DNA of 64,000 bases from an uncultured virus (IMG/VR IMGVR_UViG_3300010885_037795) (lineage: Duplodnaviria; Heunggongvirae; Uroviricota; Caudoviricetes), in the IMG/VR virus record IMGVR_UViG_3300010885_037795, positions 1 through 64,000 of that record, one strand, 5' to 3'. Each line of letters begins with the position of its first letter. The first letter of the stretch is position 1. The position numbers were made by a program, and so were the translations under genes. Below, piece after piece: positions 47,198 to 57,593 of this stretch. The notes beneath the pieces are model-generated. The model ran no database searches. It was not told the origin of the DNA and saw only the letters and a program-made list of their open reading frames with translations.

Positions 47198-47990
47198 TGG
47201 TGCTCTTGTATTTGCTCATGCCACCGCAGTAGACTATCTGCAAATGGCTCAGGTTGCGGCTCGACTAGTACGCAGGCATTTGAACATGCCTGTGTGCCTG
47301 GTAACAGATGGTGATGTTGAGTCCACAGCATTTGATCAAGTTGTGCATGTACCAAAACCCTTAGCAATGAATCAACGCAACTACTGGGTCAACGGTGTCA
47401 AAAAAACAGCACCCTGGTACAACAGTACCAGATCAATGGCGCTGGATCTGTCACCATGGGATCGCACACTGTTGATTGATGCAGATTACTTTGTGATGTC
47501 TGACCAATTGAAACTGCTACAAAAAACAAATCTAGGTTTTGTGTGTTATACAAATGCACATGACATTCGCGACAACAAACCAATTGATGTCAGTTGTGGC
47601 TATCGGCACATGGCCTGGGCCACAGTGTGTTGGTTTGATAGATCAGAGCATTCGCAAGGTGTGTTTGCCATGTGGAAGCACGTGGTAAAAAATTGGGCCT
47701 ACTATAATCTTGCCAATGACTTTGGCAAACCGGGCTTGCGTAACGACCATGCGTTAACTATTGCATTAGAAACAATGAGCGGACATTCTGCCACGTATCC
47801 AACCATACCAGGATCAATGGCCACAGTTGTACCCGGTACACAACTGTATGATATTAGAGCAGATGGCACAGTGTTATTCAAAACACATGATAAATTTTCA
47901 TTAATCAAAAATCAAGACTTGCACATGGTAGACAAACAGATTGCATGCGACTCGCAATGGTTAGAATTGTTAGAGGCAGTTCATGCGTGA
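47190..47990 (+). CDS. GT-A fold glycosyltransferase-like protein
   Basis: DY..MA...A..V, CLVTD, FDQV, SPWDRTLLIDAD (DxD) and RND..L motifs. Confidence 0.75.
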   Translation: MRDGALVFAHATAVDYLQMAQVAARLVRRHLNMPVCLVTDGDVESTAFDQVVHVPKPLAMNQRNYWVNGVKKTAPWYNSTRSMALDLSPWDRTLLIDADYFVMSDQLKLLQKTNLGFVCYTNAHDIRDNKPIDVSCGYRHMAWATVCWFDRSEHSQGVFAMWKHVVKNWAYYNLANDFGKPGLRNDHALTIALETMSGHSATYPTIPGSMATVVPGTQLYDIRADGTVLFKTHDKFSLIKNQDLHMVDKQIACDSQWLELLEAVHA

Positions 47991-48855
47991 GTTTGCAGGA
48001 GAGCAAGGCTACTTGACATTTGCACAAAACACTGACACAGTTGACTATCTACGACTGGCATACGCACAAGCATTGAGTATCAAATGCACACAGAAGATCA
48101 ACAGTTATGCAGTGATAGTTGATGCATACACAGCTGAACAAATACAACACTGCCATAGGAAAGTGTTTGACTACATCATAGTACTAGAGCAAGATGATGC
48201 CAAAGAACATGACTGGAAGCTGGCAAACGAATGGCAAGCATTTGATCTTACACCATTTAGAGAAACGGTCAAACTAGAATCCGACATATTGTTTACCAGG
48301 AACATTGACCATTGGTGGACAGGCATGCGATCACAAGAAGTCACATTCACTACCTGCATACGCAACTATCGCGGCCAAGTAAGCAACAGTAGAGAATATA
48401 GAAGATTGTTTGATGAAAGCAATTTACCTGATATCTATACCGGCATGTTTTATTTTAGACACAGTCAAACAGCACGTGATCTATTTAATGCAGCCGCCAC
48501 AGTGTACCAGCAATGGCCCATGTTTAGGGACAGTGTGTTAACTAGATGCAATAGCAAACACGCCTCAACAGACGAAGCCTTTGCAGTAGCCGCCAAATTA
48601 ATCGGTGTAGAACGTGTGACTAATCCTGCACTTGATTATCCAAGTTTTGTGCATATGAAAGGTGCAGTCAATGGGTTGGGCGCAAATGACAAGTGGAATG
48701 AATTGTTGTTTCATCAATGGACAGATGAAATGGATCTAAGCATTGAGTTTCTTCGCCAACAGTATCCAGTACACTATTATCAAAAAGATTTTGTCACAGA
48801 TAAAACAATAGGTGCATATGAACAAAGATTATCCAAACTTAATAACAGCGTTTGA
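47983..48855 (+). CDS. GT-A fold glycosyltransferase-like protein (paralogue of the previous gene)
   Basis: DYLRLA, VFDYII, TPFRETVKLESD, TG.FYF, STD..FA, HMK and VHY motifs. Confidence 0.7.
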   Translation: MREFAGEQGYLTFAQNTDTVDYLRLAYAQALSIKCTQKINSYAVIVDAYTAEQIQHCHRKVFDYIIVLEQDDAKEHDWKLANEWQAFDLTPFRETVKLESDILFTRNIDHWWTGMRSQEVTFTTCIRNYRGQVSNSREYRRLFDESNLPDIYTGMFYFRHSQTARDLFNAAATVYQQWPMFRDSVLTRCNSKHASTDEAFAVAAKLIGVERVTNPALDYPSFVHMKGAVNGLGANDKWNELLFHQWTDEMDLSIEFLRQQYPVHYYQKDFVTDKTIGAYEQRLSKLNNSV

Positions 48856-49165
48856 ATCCTCAACATGGCAACCACCGGTACCTGAATATCGGGTGTACTA
48901 TGACAAGTCTGGAACCATAACAACCAAAACAACAGCACCATTGATAGGTGACTATATTGTGGTGTCTAGAGAAATGTATGACAGCATTGTGATGCACACA
49001 CAGTGGCATGTGATAAATGGACAAGTTGAAATAAGACCGGTTGTGGAAATCCCACGTCATATGTTACAATACACAGCTGAAGGCCCGTACCGATCACTGC
49101 CAGGAAATGCTATATTTTTGGTAGATGACGATTATGCTGGCTCCACTGATAATTGGACAATATGA
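48818..49165 (+). CDS. Hypothetical protein
   Basis: Overlaps both neighbours (ATGA junction at 49162-49165). Confidence 0.7.
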   Translation: MNKDYPNLITAFESSTWQPPVPEYRVYYDKSGTITTKTTAPLIGDYIVVSREMYDSIVMHTQWHVINGQVEIRPVVEIPRHMLQYTAEGPYRSLPGNAIFLVDDDYAGSTDNWTI

Positions 49166-50052
49166 AAACTGTAGACATTGCAGACCTAGATGTAATTTTT
49201 CTAACCTACGACGAACCTCGCAGAGAAGAGTCATGGGCCAAAATCAAAAACATGGTACCTTGGGCCAAGCGTGTGGATGGCATAAAAGGCAGTGATGCCG
49301 CACACAAAGCCGCAGGTGCGGCCAGCGATACAGATCGCTTTATACTAATTGACGGCGACAATATTCCTGACCCAGAGTTCTTTAACAAACAAATCACACT
49401 GGATCCACATCATGAAAGATGTGTGTTGCGTTGGAGAGCAAGAAACGCCATCAACGGACTCATGTACGGCAATGGTGGACTCAGCTCGTGGACCAAAAGT
49501 TTTGTAGAAAGCATGCGCACACACGAAGCCACTGATGGTCGTAATGAAACACTGGTGGAGTTTTGCTTTGAACCTGACTACTGGGCCATGCATGACTGCT
49601 ACTCAACCACGTATCCTAATGCCAGTCCATTTCAGGCCTGGCGAGCAGGCTTCCGTGAAGGTGTTAAAATGTGTCTGGATCGCGGAGCAAGACCCAACTT
49701 GGACGAGTTTGAAAAACGTGCCCACAATCGTAATCTTGATCATTTGACCATTTGGCAAAGTGTGGGTGCTGATGCAGAGAATGGCTTCTGGGCCATATAC
49801 GGTGCTAGACGTGGCACACAAATGACCATGCTTACAGACTGGGATTACACCCAGGTACAAGACTTTGATGAACTGGCAAAACTTTGGACTGTGTACCAAA
49901 ATGACGGCCCTGACGAATGCACTGAAGTAGGCAACATGCTACGCAAACGCCTGGGACTTAACATTGTGGATCTAGACCCCGAACCCAGTGCATTTTTCAA
50001 ACATCACTACAAGTCAAATTTTGTCAATAGAGGAATAATGAGTCGTGAGTAA
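49162..50052 (+). CDS. GT-A fold glycosyltransferase-like protein
   Basis: DVIFLTYDE, RVDGIKG..AAH.AA, FILIDGD (DxD) and AWRAGFREGVK motifs; ATG 49162 coupled to the upstream stop. Confidence 0.7.
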   Translation: MKTVDIADLDVIFLTYDEPRREESWAKIKNMVPWAKRVDGIKGSDAAHKAAGAASDTDRFILIDGDNIPDPEFFNKQITLDPHHERCVLRWRARNAINGLMYGNGGLSSWTKSFVESMRTHEATDGRNETLVEFCFEPDYWAMHDCYSTTYPNASPFQAWRAGFREGVKMCLDRGARPNLDEFEKRAHNRNLDHLTIWQSVGADAENGFWAIYGARRGTQMTMLTDWDYTQVQDFDELAKLWTVYQNDGPDECTEVGNMLRKRLGLNIVDLDPEPSAFFKHHYKSNFVNRGIMSRE

Positions 50053-51427
50053 AAGTGATTTCATGACAGCCGCAGAACAAATGCGCCACACACTAGGCGA
50101 AGGTCTTTGCTTGGCCAAATGGAAACAGGTTAGCTTGCACTTGCCCACAGGATTGAACAATTCATGCTATCATCCTCCACTACACAAGATTCCTGTGGAA
50201 CTGCTAGCAGGCAATCCTGGCGCACTGCACAATACTCCACATAAAAAAGCTCAGCGCAAGATCATGTTGAAACATGAACGTCCAGACGAGTGTAGTTACT
50301 GCTGGTCAGCAGAAGACAATGGACAACTCAGTGACAGGCACTACAGGTCAGGCGAGGAGTGGGCCGCAGAGGATCTTGACAAGATATTGGCCTCAACCGG
50401 AGACGAAGATGCATTACCTAGCTATGTGGAAGTTAATTTTAATCATGCTTGTAATCTTAAATGTAGCTATTGCAGTCCGCAATTTAGTTCAAGCTGGGCC
50501 GCTGAAGTTGCACAACATGGCGGATTCCCTACGTCCAGCCCTCACAATAGTCCTGAGTATTTTACTGGTAGTCGTCGCCCTATTCCTGCCCGAGAACACA
50601 ACCCCTACGTTGATACCTTCTGGGAATGGTGGCCAGAGCTGTACCCCAAGCTAAGACATTTTAGAATGACAGGTGGTGAGCCACTGATGGATCACAATAC
50701 CTATCGTGTGTTTGAATACGTGCTGACCTTGCCGCATCCATTGTTGCATTTGGATGTGACCAGCAACTTCAGTGTGGAGCCTGTGTTGTTTGAAAAGTAT
50801 CTTGGCTATGTCAAACAGTTATGCAACACACAGATTGAACACTTCATGCAGTATGTGAGCCTGGACACCTGGGGCAGTCAAGCAGAGTACATACGCAATG
50901 GCATGGACTTTGTGAGAGTGTGTGACTATGTGGAACGCTATTTAGAGGAAGTACCCAATCGCAACAGCCTTACGTTTATCATGACCATGAACAATCTCAG
51001 TGTCACGGGCATGCATGACATGCTGGATTGGATACTGGAACTACGTGCCAAGTACAGTAAAACATATCAGCGTGTGTGGTTTGACACACCGTTGCTGAGA
51101 CAACCACGTTGGCAAAGCCTGCAGATACTGCCGCCTGCGTATGCCAACAGAATGAAAATAAACCTAGAGTTCATGCGAGCACACCTAATCACAGATGATA
51201 GTTTTGTGGGATTCAAAGATTATGAAATACAGCGCATGGAACGAGACATTGCCTGGATGACTGAGCCACAAGACGCACAAGAAGTCAATCATGCACGTGC
51301 TGACTTCTATAGATTCTTCAACGAACACGACCGTAGACGCGGTACTAACTTTTTACAAACATTTCCAGAGATGAGCCATTTCTGGTGGGAATGCAAACAT
51401 CATGCCGAAACTGAACAACGAAACTGA
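50045..51427 (+). CDS. Radical SAM protein with N-terminal auxiliary Cys/His cluster
   Basis: CLAKW..SCYH..CSYC, then CNLKCSYC, GGEP and SLD. Confidence 0.9.
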   Translation: MSKSDFMTAAEQMRHTLGEGLCLAKWKQVSLHLPTGLNNSCYHPPLHKIPVELLAGNPGALHNTPHKKAQRKIMLKHERPDECSYCWSAEDNGQLSDRHYRSGEEWAAEDLDKILASTGDEDALPSYVEVNFNHACNLKCSYCSPQFSSSWAAEVAQHGGFPTSSPHNSPEYFTGSRRPIPAREHNPYVDTFWEWWPELYPKLRHFRMTGGEPLMDHNTYRVFEYVLTLPHPLLHLDVTSNFSVEPVLFEKYLGYVKQLCNTQIEHFMQYVSLDTWGSQAEYIRNGMDFVRVCDYVERYLEEVPNRNSLTFIMTMNNLSVTGMHDMLDWILELRAKYSKTYQRVWFDTPLLRQPRWQSLQILPPAYANRMKINLEFMRAHLITDDSFVGFKDYEIQRMERDIAWMTEPQDAQEVNHARADFYRFFNEHDRRRGTNFLQTFPEMSHFWWECKHHAETEQRN

Positions 51428-52755
51428 TATAGAATTCAAACGCAGAGTGATTGACATCAAGTCAACCAGCTTCTGCGGAGCCAAATGGTACAATGCTACC
51501 ATATGGTTGGGTAGTGGACAAACAACCAGCTGCCACCACCCACCTGCACACTCAATTGACTTGCAAGAAATAAAAACCAATCCTGCCGCACTGCACAATA
51601 CCACTCGTAAAAAAGCTGATCGTGAAATGATGCAAAAAGGTGAACGCCCAGCAGGCTGTGAATACTGCTGGAAGATAGAAGACATGGGCCCTGAGTCTGT
51701 CAGTGACCGTGTGTACAAAACTGTAATACATTCCGAGGAGGACCTAAATGTTGCATTTGCCAGACCCAGCTACACAGACTTCAACCTTCGCACGTTGGAA
51801 ATTGCGTTTGACAGAACTTGTCAGTTCGCTTGTTCTTATTGCAACCCTGCTTTTAGTAGCACATGGGTTAAGGACATTGGTAATAACGGGCCATACACAG
51901 GATTGGTATCTGACGGCAGGAACCATTTTACTCACGCTCATGATAGTAGTCAACTGTATAAATTAATGAAGTTAATCCGTACGTGGAAGCATTCTTCCAG
52001 TGGTGGGAAACAGATCTCCACCAGACACTAACAGAGCTTCGCATCACCGGAGGCGAGCCACTCATGTCAGGCTACACCTGGCAGCTGATTACTGGTTCAA
52101 AGCCAATCAAGGCAAGAGCCATACCAAACTGGCCATCAACAGCAATCTTGGCATGGAGCCGGTCAAGATGCTGGATTTTATTCGGCGTGTGGAAGGTATT
52201 CCGCATCTGGAAATCTACACCAGCAACGAAGCACTGGGCGCACAAGCAGAGTATATTCGTGACGGATTGAATTACCGGCAATGGCTCAGCAACATGGAGA
52301 TGTTGATCAATTCAGGCGCAGTAAATCAAATGCATGTGATGTGTACAGTCAATGCATTGTGTCTGGAAAGCCTGCCTGAATTTTTAGATGAATTGGTTGT
52401 GTTGAAGAAAAAGTACAGCAGAGACTTTCCTAACTTCACGTTGAACATCTTGCGTTTTCCTAGTTTTCAAAGTCCACTGGTATTACCATATGAGATTAGA
52501 CAAAAGCATGCAGACCGCCTGGCACAGTTTTTGGTACGCCACAAAGGACAAAACTACTTGCATGAGCATGAGATAAACCACGTGGAACGTCTAGTAAAGT
52601 ATTTGCTTGAAGTAGATACACCTCATGCAGAAGCATTTGAAATGCCTAAATTGTTGAATGACTTCCGACAGTTTTATATCCAATATGATCAGCGCCGCGG
52701 AAAAAACTTTGTAAATACATTCCCGGCTCTCAAGGATTGGTATGAAACACTCTAA
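51402..52755 (+). pseudogene. Radical SAM gene split by two single-base deletions (pseudogene or sequencing error)
   Basis: CGAKW..SCHH..CEYC and CQFACSYC in the first frame; similarity to 50045 continues in the -1 frame after 51964 (NPYVEAFFQWW..GGEP) and shifts again after 52090 (WFKAN..INSN..YIRDG). Restoring two bases gives 451 aa. Confidence 0.8.
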
Positions 52756-53956
52756 GACATTTTGCATATTGCCATGGATACATCTTCATGCATTCCCTGA
52801 TGGCCGTGCGTATCCTTGTTGTATGGGAGAATATCACTCACCCATTGGCGATCTTAAAACACACACAATGGAGCAGGTGTGGAATCAAGCGCCACTAGCT
52901 ACCATGCGAAAGAACATGCTACAGAATGTCAAGTCCAAAGAGTGTGTCAAATGCTATGAGCTAGAAGAAAATGGTTTTGTCGGCATGCGACAAAGCATGA
53001 ACCGTGCGTTTGCACATCACATGCCATTGGCAGATCAAACACTTCCTGATGGCACACTGCCTGACTTTCGACTACGCTACTATGACATTAGATTTAGTAA
53101 TCTGTGTAATTTCCGTTGCCGCAGTTGTGGCAGTGTGTTTTCCAGCAACTGGTATGATGACGAAGTTGCCGCACATGGTCAAGTACAGCATCCCAAGATC
53201 ATGTTTGCTGGCCAACACAAACAAGACATGTGGGAGCAAATGCAACCGCATATACCACATCTAGAACAAGTGTACTTTGCAGGCGGCGAACCCTTGATCA
53301 TGGAAGAACATTATCGTGTGCTAAAAGAACTAGTACAGAGAGAAATGTTTGATGTCAGACTGGTATACAACACCAACTTTAGTGAATTAGATTTCAAAGA
53401 TGAAAGTGTACTGGAGTTATGGAAACTGTTTAAGAATGTCAGCGTTGGTGCTAGTCTAGACGCCAGCGGCACACGAGCAGAGTACATTCGCAAAGGCACA
53501 GTATGGCACAAGATTGTACACAATAGAGAACGCATGTTGTCTGTGTGCCCTCAAGTTGACTTCTATATAAGTAGTACCGTGGGCATACTAAATGTATGGC
53601 ACTTGCCAGACTTTCATCGTGAATGGGTTGACTTGGGATTGATACGCCCGCAAGATTTCAACATCAACATGTTACAATCACCTGAATGGCAACGTGCAAA
53701 TCATCTGTCACCGGAGTTGAAACAACAAGTGAAAGAACGCATACACAATCACCTTGAGTGGCTTGGTCCATTGGATCACATGAATCGTGCAACCAATGGT
53801 TATCGGAGTATTATAAAGTTTATTGATCAACCTGCTGATGCAGATCAACTAAAAGAGTTTTTTAGAGAAACTGATCAATTTGATCAAATACGCAATGAGA
53901 GTTTTGATGCTACCTTTCCTGAACTGACTGGATTGAGAGACCATGCTACCAAATAA
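52742..53956 (+). CDS. Radical SAM protein with N-terminal twitch-like domain
   Basis: CILPW..PCC..CVKC; CNFRCRSC; GGEP; YNTN; SLD. Confidence 0.9.
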   Translation: MKHSKTFCILPWIHLHAFPDGRAYPCCMGEYHSPIGDLKTHTMEQVWNQAPLATMRKNMLQNVKSKECVKCYELEENGFVGMRQSMNRAFAHHMPLADQTLPDGTLPDFRLRYYDIRFSNLCNFRCRSCGSVFSSNWYDDEVAAHGQVQHPKIMFAGQHKQDMWEQMQPHIPHLEQVYFAGGEPLIMEEHYRVLKELVQREMFDVRLVYNTNFSELDFKDESVLELWKLFKNVSVGASLDASGTRAEYIRKGTVWHKIVHNRERMLSVCPQVDFYISSTVGILNVWHLPDFHREWVDLGLIRPQDFNINMLQSPEWQRANHLSPELKQQVKERIHNHLEWLGPLDHMNRATNGYRSIIKFIDQPADADQLKEFFRETDQFDQIRNESFDATFPELTGLRDHATK

Positions 53957-55157
53957 CAATATATGTGTGCTACCGTGGATGAGCATAGAAGTAACCCCAA
54001 TGGGTAACAGTCGCCCGTGTTGTTTGGCCATTGATGAAATACCAGACAACACTGGTAAATCCTACGACCTTACCGCAGTGCCTATTCGTGAAGTATATCA
54101 CAGCAAATACATGCAGGATCTAAGGCAACAGTTTCGTGCAGGAGAAAAACCCAGCACATGCACACGATGCTGGACAGAAGAATCTGCAGGACGTACCAGC
54201 AAACGTATGAACATGTTGGCCAAATTCAACAATGATATCCAATCAATTGAATGGGACACAGACACCCCTGAACAATTATGGTTCTTGGATCTTAAACTAG
54301 GCAACATCTGTAATCTCAAATGTCGTATCTGTGGATCCTGGAGCAGTAGTAAATGGGCACAAGAAGAACTAGACTACTACCCAACAGCCACTAGAGAAGA
54401 ACGCAAAAAACATTCAGCGTATGTATGGCTACGTCAGGGTCAGTGGCCACGTGAAAGCATTGACTTTTGGAACAACATTGATCAAGTGCTGCCTGGTGTG
54501 CGCTACTATGAATTTACCGGTGGCGAACCATTCTTGATTCAAGAACATTTTGATTTGTTACAACGCACAGTAGATCAAGGCTATGCATATCTTGTGGATG
54601 TACACTACAACACCAATGGCACACAGTATCCAGAAGCCGCAGTGGAGATGTGGAAAAAGTTCAAGCATGTGAACATTGCATTCAGCATTGACGATCTTGG
54701 CGCACGATTTGAATATCAGCGTTATGGCGCCAACTGGGCAGAAGTGGAACAAAATCTAGACCGTTACTTAGAGTTAAGCAAAACACACACCAACATCACG
54801 CTACAAATGTGTATAACTGCAAATATACAAAACGTATTGTACTTGCCTGAAGTCATGGACCATGTGTGGGCAAAAGGTTTTCGTGACGTATACATCAACA
54901 TGTTACATGATCCAATTCAACTCAACATCAAGCAAATGACTCCAGTGGCGATTGAACTGGTATGTAACAGACTAAATCAAGTTCCGACCAGCAACAGATT
55001 CTATCGTGATTTCCAACAGTTAATAACGGTGATACAAACAGGTACTGGTAGTGATGGTCAAGAGTTTTGCAAAACTATCAAACAAGGTGACGTGTATCGC
55101 AAACAAAATTTTGCTGACCATCACCCAGACATAGCAAAGGCCATGGGATATGAATAA
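53943..55157 (+). CDS. Radical SAM protein with N-terminal twitch-like domain
   Basis: CVLPW..PCC..CTRC; CNLKCRIC; GGEP; YNTNG; SID. Confidence 0.9.
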   Translation: MLPNNNICVLPWMSIEVTPMGNSRPCCLAIDEIPDNTGKSYDLTAVPIREVYHSKYMQDLRQQFRAGEKPSTCTRCWTEESAGRTSKRMNMLAKFNNDIQSIEWDTDTPEQLWFLDLKLGNICNLKCRICGSWSSSKWAQEELDYYPTATREERKKHSAYVWLRQGQWPRESIDFWNNIDQVLPGVRYYEFTGGEPFLIQEHFDLLQRTVDQGYAYLVDVHYNTNGTQYPEAAVEMWKKFKHVNIAFSIDDLGARFEYQRYGANWAEVEQNLDRYLELSKTHTNITLQMCITANIQNVLYLPEVMDHVWAKGFRDVYINMLHDPIQLNIKQMTPVAIELVCNRLNQVPTSNRFYRDFQQLITVIQTGTGSDGQEFCKTIKQGDVYRKQNFADHHPDIAKAMGYE

Positions 55158-56307
55158 AGTTATCCCGTTGGTTAATGTTAGTGCATTGCAAGCCCTGACG
55201 CCCGCACCTCTTGGTCGCGCAGAGGTTGACTCTGACTACATGACACGGTATATACAAACTGGAATGGATTTTAACAAGGATCTTGGACTAGCAGGCAAAT
55301 ATTGTTATCACCCATTTAACACAGTCACGATAGACCATCGAGGTCGTTGCTATGTATGCACCTGTCAGGCATGGTTACCAATCAGCGTAGGTAACATTTT
55401 AGATTTTAATTCGCTGAGTGAAATTGTTCACAGCTCACGTGCTAGAGAGATACAACGAAGTATCGTAGATGGCAGTTATCGTTACTGTGACAATAAAACT
55501 TGCGGGTTATTAATCAGCGACGCAATGGAAACTAGAATTGAGCACAAACCAGACACTGTGAATTGGATCAATTTCTGTATCGATGACAGTTGCAACTTAC
55601 AGTGTCCTAGCTGTCGCACAGATTTAATATTTCATAAACAAGGTCCAGAATTTGATCTACGTATGAAAATATCACAGCATGTGAGCAAGCTGATCAGCGA
55701 ACACAATCATTTTTTACGATTTACACTAAGCAACGATGGGGATCCATTTGCTAGTCATGTGTACAGAAACCTAATGACAACTATTGCGCCACAACTGGTC
55801 AATCAGCTGGAGATTGAAATAGTAACTAACGGCATATTAATGAAGTCACATTGGCACGAAATTGAAAACATATACCCTAACCTCACACTAATCAAAGTCA
55901 GTTTTGATGCTGCCACCGAACAAACATACAACAAAACACGATGCGGCGGCAGTTGGAACAAAGTAACTGAAAGCACTAGATTTGTAGCTGATTGGCTGGC
56001 TCAACGCAAAGCACAGCATCTCAATGCATATACTAGATTGGTAGCTAATTTTGTAGTGCAACAAACAAACTATCATGAGATGATTGACTTTGTAACACTG
56101 TGCAATTCGTTGGGTGTTGATCAGATCTTGTTTCAAAAAGTAACTAACTGGAATACGTGGATTGATGCCAACGGCACAGATCAGTACAGCGCACATGCAG
56201 TATGGCAACAGTCGCATCCTGAATATCACAAGCTGAAAGAAATACTAAAAGATCCTGTGTTTCAACAGCACAATGTTAAACTAACTAACCTAGCGGATCT
56301 ACTATGA
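55150..56307 (+). CDS. Radical SAM protein with N-terminal Cys cluster
   Basis: CYHPF..CYVCTC..YCDNKTC; CNLQCPSC; DGDPF; TNG; SFDAA. Confidence 0.88.
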   Translation: MNKVIPLVNVSALQALTPAPLGRAEVDSDYMTRYIQTGMDFNKDLGLAGKYCYHPFNTVTIDHRGRCYVCTCQAWLPISVGNILDFNSLSEIVHSSRAREIQRSIVDGSYRYCDNKTCGLLISDAMETRIEHKPDTVNWINFCIDDSCNLQCPSCRTDLIFHKQGPEFDLRMKISQHVSKLISEHNHFLRFTLSNDGDPFASHVYRNLMTTIAPQLVNQLEIEIVTNGILMKSHWHEIENIYPNLTLIKVSFDAATEQTYNKTRCGGSWNKVTESTRFVADWLAQRKAQHLNAYTRLVANFVVQQTNYHEMIDFVTLCNSLGVDQILFQKVTNWNTWIDANGTDQYSAHAVWQQSHPEYHKLKEILKDPVFQQHNVKLTNLADLL

Positions 56308-57593
56308 ACAAACCTGATTCGTTATGCTTGGCTCCTTGGACACACACATATCTTAGTCCGCAGACTGAGCGCCGCATGTGTTGTGCAAGTCGCGAGCCTG
56401 CACAAAACTTTCAACAGTATATTGACACCAGCGCCGGTTCTGGCAAGTATATACCTATCACTCTGGACGAACATTGGAACGGTGACCACATGCGCTCCGT
56501 ACGAAAACGCATGCTGTCCGGCGAAACATTACCCGAGTGCGAAGTATGTAATGATAAACTGTTGAATACCTCTGTGTATAGAGATTACTTCACGCACTTG
56601 TTTGCACACAAACTTGACCAAGTACATGCCAGTACAGATGACACCGGGCACACTACAATGCAACCGATCAGCTGGGACTATAGATTTAGTAATCTTTGTA
56701 ATTTCAAATGTCGCATGTGTGGAGACATGTTGAGCAGTGCATGGGAAAGCGAGCAACGTGTACATGGCATGATAGATTGGAACAATCCAAAGAACAACTG
56801 GATGAAGCCAGTCATACGCGATGAAATACATCAGTTTCAAACCACGCAGGTTGAACATGAGTTCAGTCAGGCAGTTGAAGAACATCGTGTTGAGGAGATA
56901 TATTGGGTGGGTGGCGAACCCTTGATGTACGAACAACATTGGAAGTACATGAAAAGAATAATTGAATTAGGGGACGGACCAAATGTCTATGCAAGATATA
57001 ATACAAATCTCAGCCGTGTTGATTATCGCGGTGTCAATCTTTATCGGGATATTTTATCTGGGTTACGGGATTGGCAAATCTGCGCATCGCTCGACGGAAC
57101 AGGTAAAATTGGTGAGTACATTAGATCAGGTCTCGACTTCGATGCTTGGCTTGAGAACTTCGCTCAAGGAGTTGCGATTGCGACTAATCCTAGACAGATG
57201 CGAATCGACTACACCCTTACCCTGCCAGGAATGTTTGAGGTTGAACGGATTGAACGACTGTCCGCAACCTACGGAGTACAAGTTCTGGCGAAGGTAGTTT
57301 TTAGTTTCAGTCCGGACATAGTTATGTCACCTTTAGCCCTACCTCGGGACATGTTACACTCTTGGGTAGATGAAATACTTTCTGTGGTGAAGACCGACTC
57401 GTTAAAGGATATCTTGGTTCAGCTGAAAACTAGACCTACGTTTGCGGAACAGTGGCCCGACCAATATCAAACAGCACTGCGCCGTGGTAAAGACCGTGTG
57501 TTGAAATTAGAAAGCATACGAGACAATCCTATCACAATGGCAGAGATATTGAGTGAACGATCGGATGTATTGCACTGGTGGAATAACATATGA
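56304..57593 (+). CDS. Radical SAM protein with N-terminal twitch-like domain
   Basis: CLAPW..MCC..CEVC; CNFKCRMC; GGEP; YNTN; SLDG. Confidence 0.9.
   Translation: MNKPDSLCLAPWTHTYLSPQTERRMCCASREPAQNFQQYIDTSAGSGKYIPITLDEHWNGDHMRSVRKRMLSGETLPECEVCNDKLLNTSVYRDYFTHLFAHKLDQVHASTDDTGHTTMQPISWDYRFSNLCNFKCRMCGDMLSSAWESEQRVHGMIDWNNPKNNWMKPVIRDEIHQFQTTQVEHEFSQAVEEHRVEEIYWVGGEPLMYEQHWKYMKRIIELGDGPNVYARYNTNLSRVDYRGVNLYRDILSGLRDWQICASLDGTGKIGEYIRSGLDFDAWLENFAQGVAIATNPRQMRIDYTLTLPGMFEVERIERLSATYGVQVLAKVVFSFSPDIVMSPLALPRDMLHSWVDEILSVVKTDSLKDILVQLKTRPTFAEQWPDQYQTALRRGKDRVLKLESIRDNPITMAEILSERSDVLHWWNNI

Noticed and set aside
51983..52270. Separate 95-aa ORF (and 52000-52755 as an independent gene)
   Set aside because: These are fragments of the frameshifted radical SAM gene at 51402-52755.
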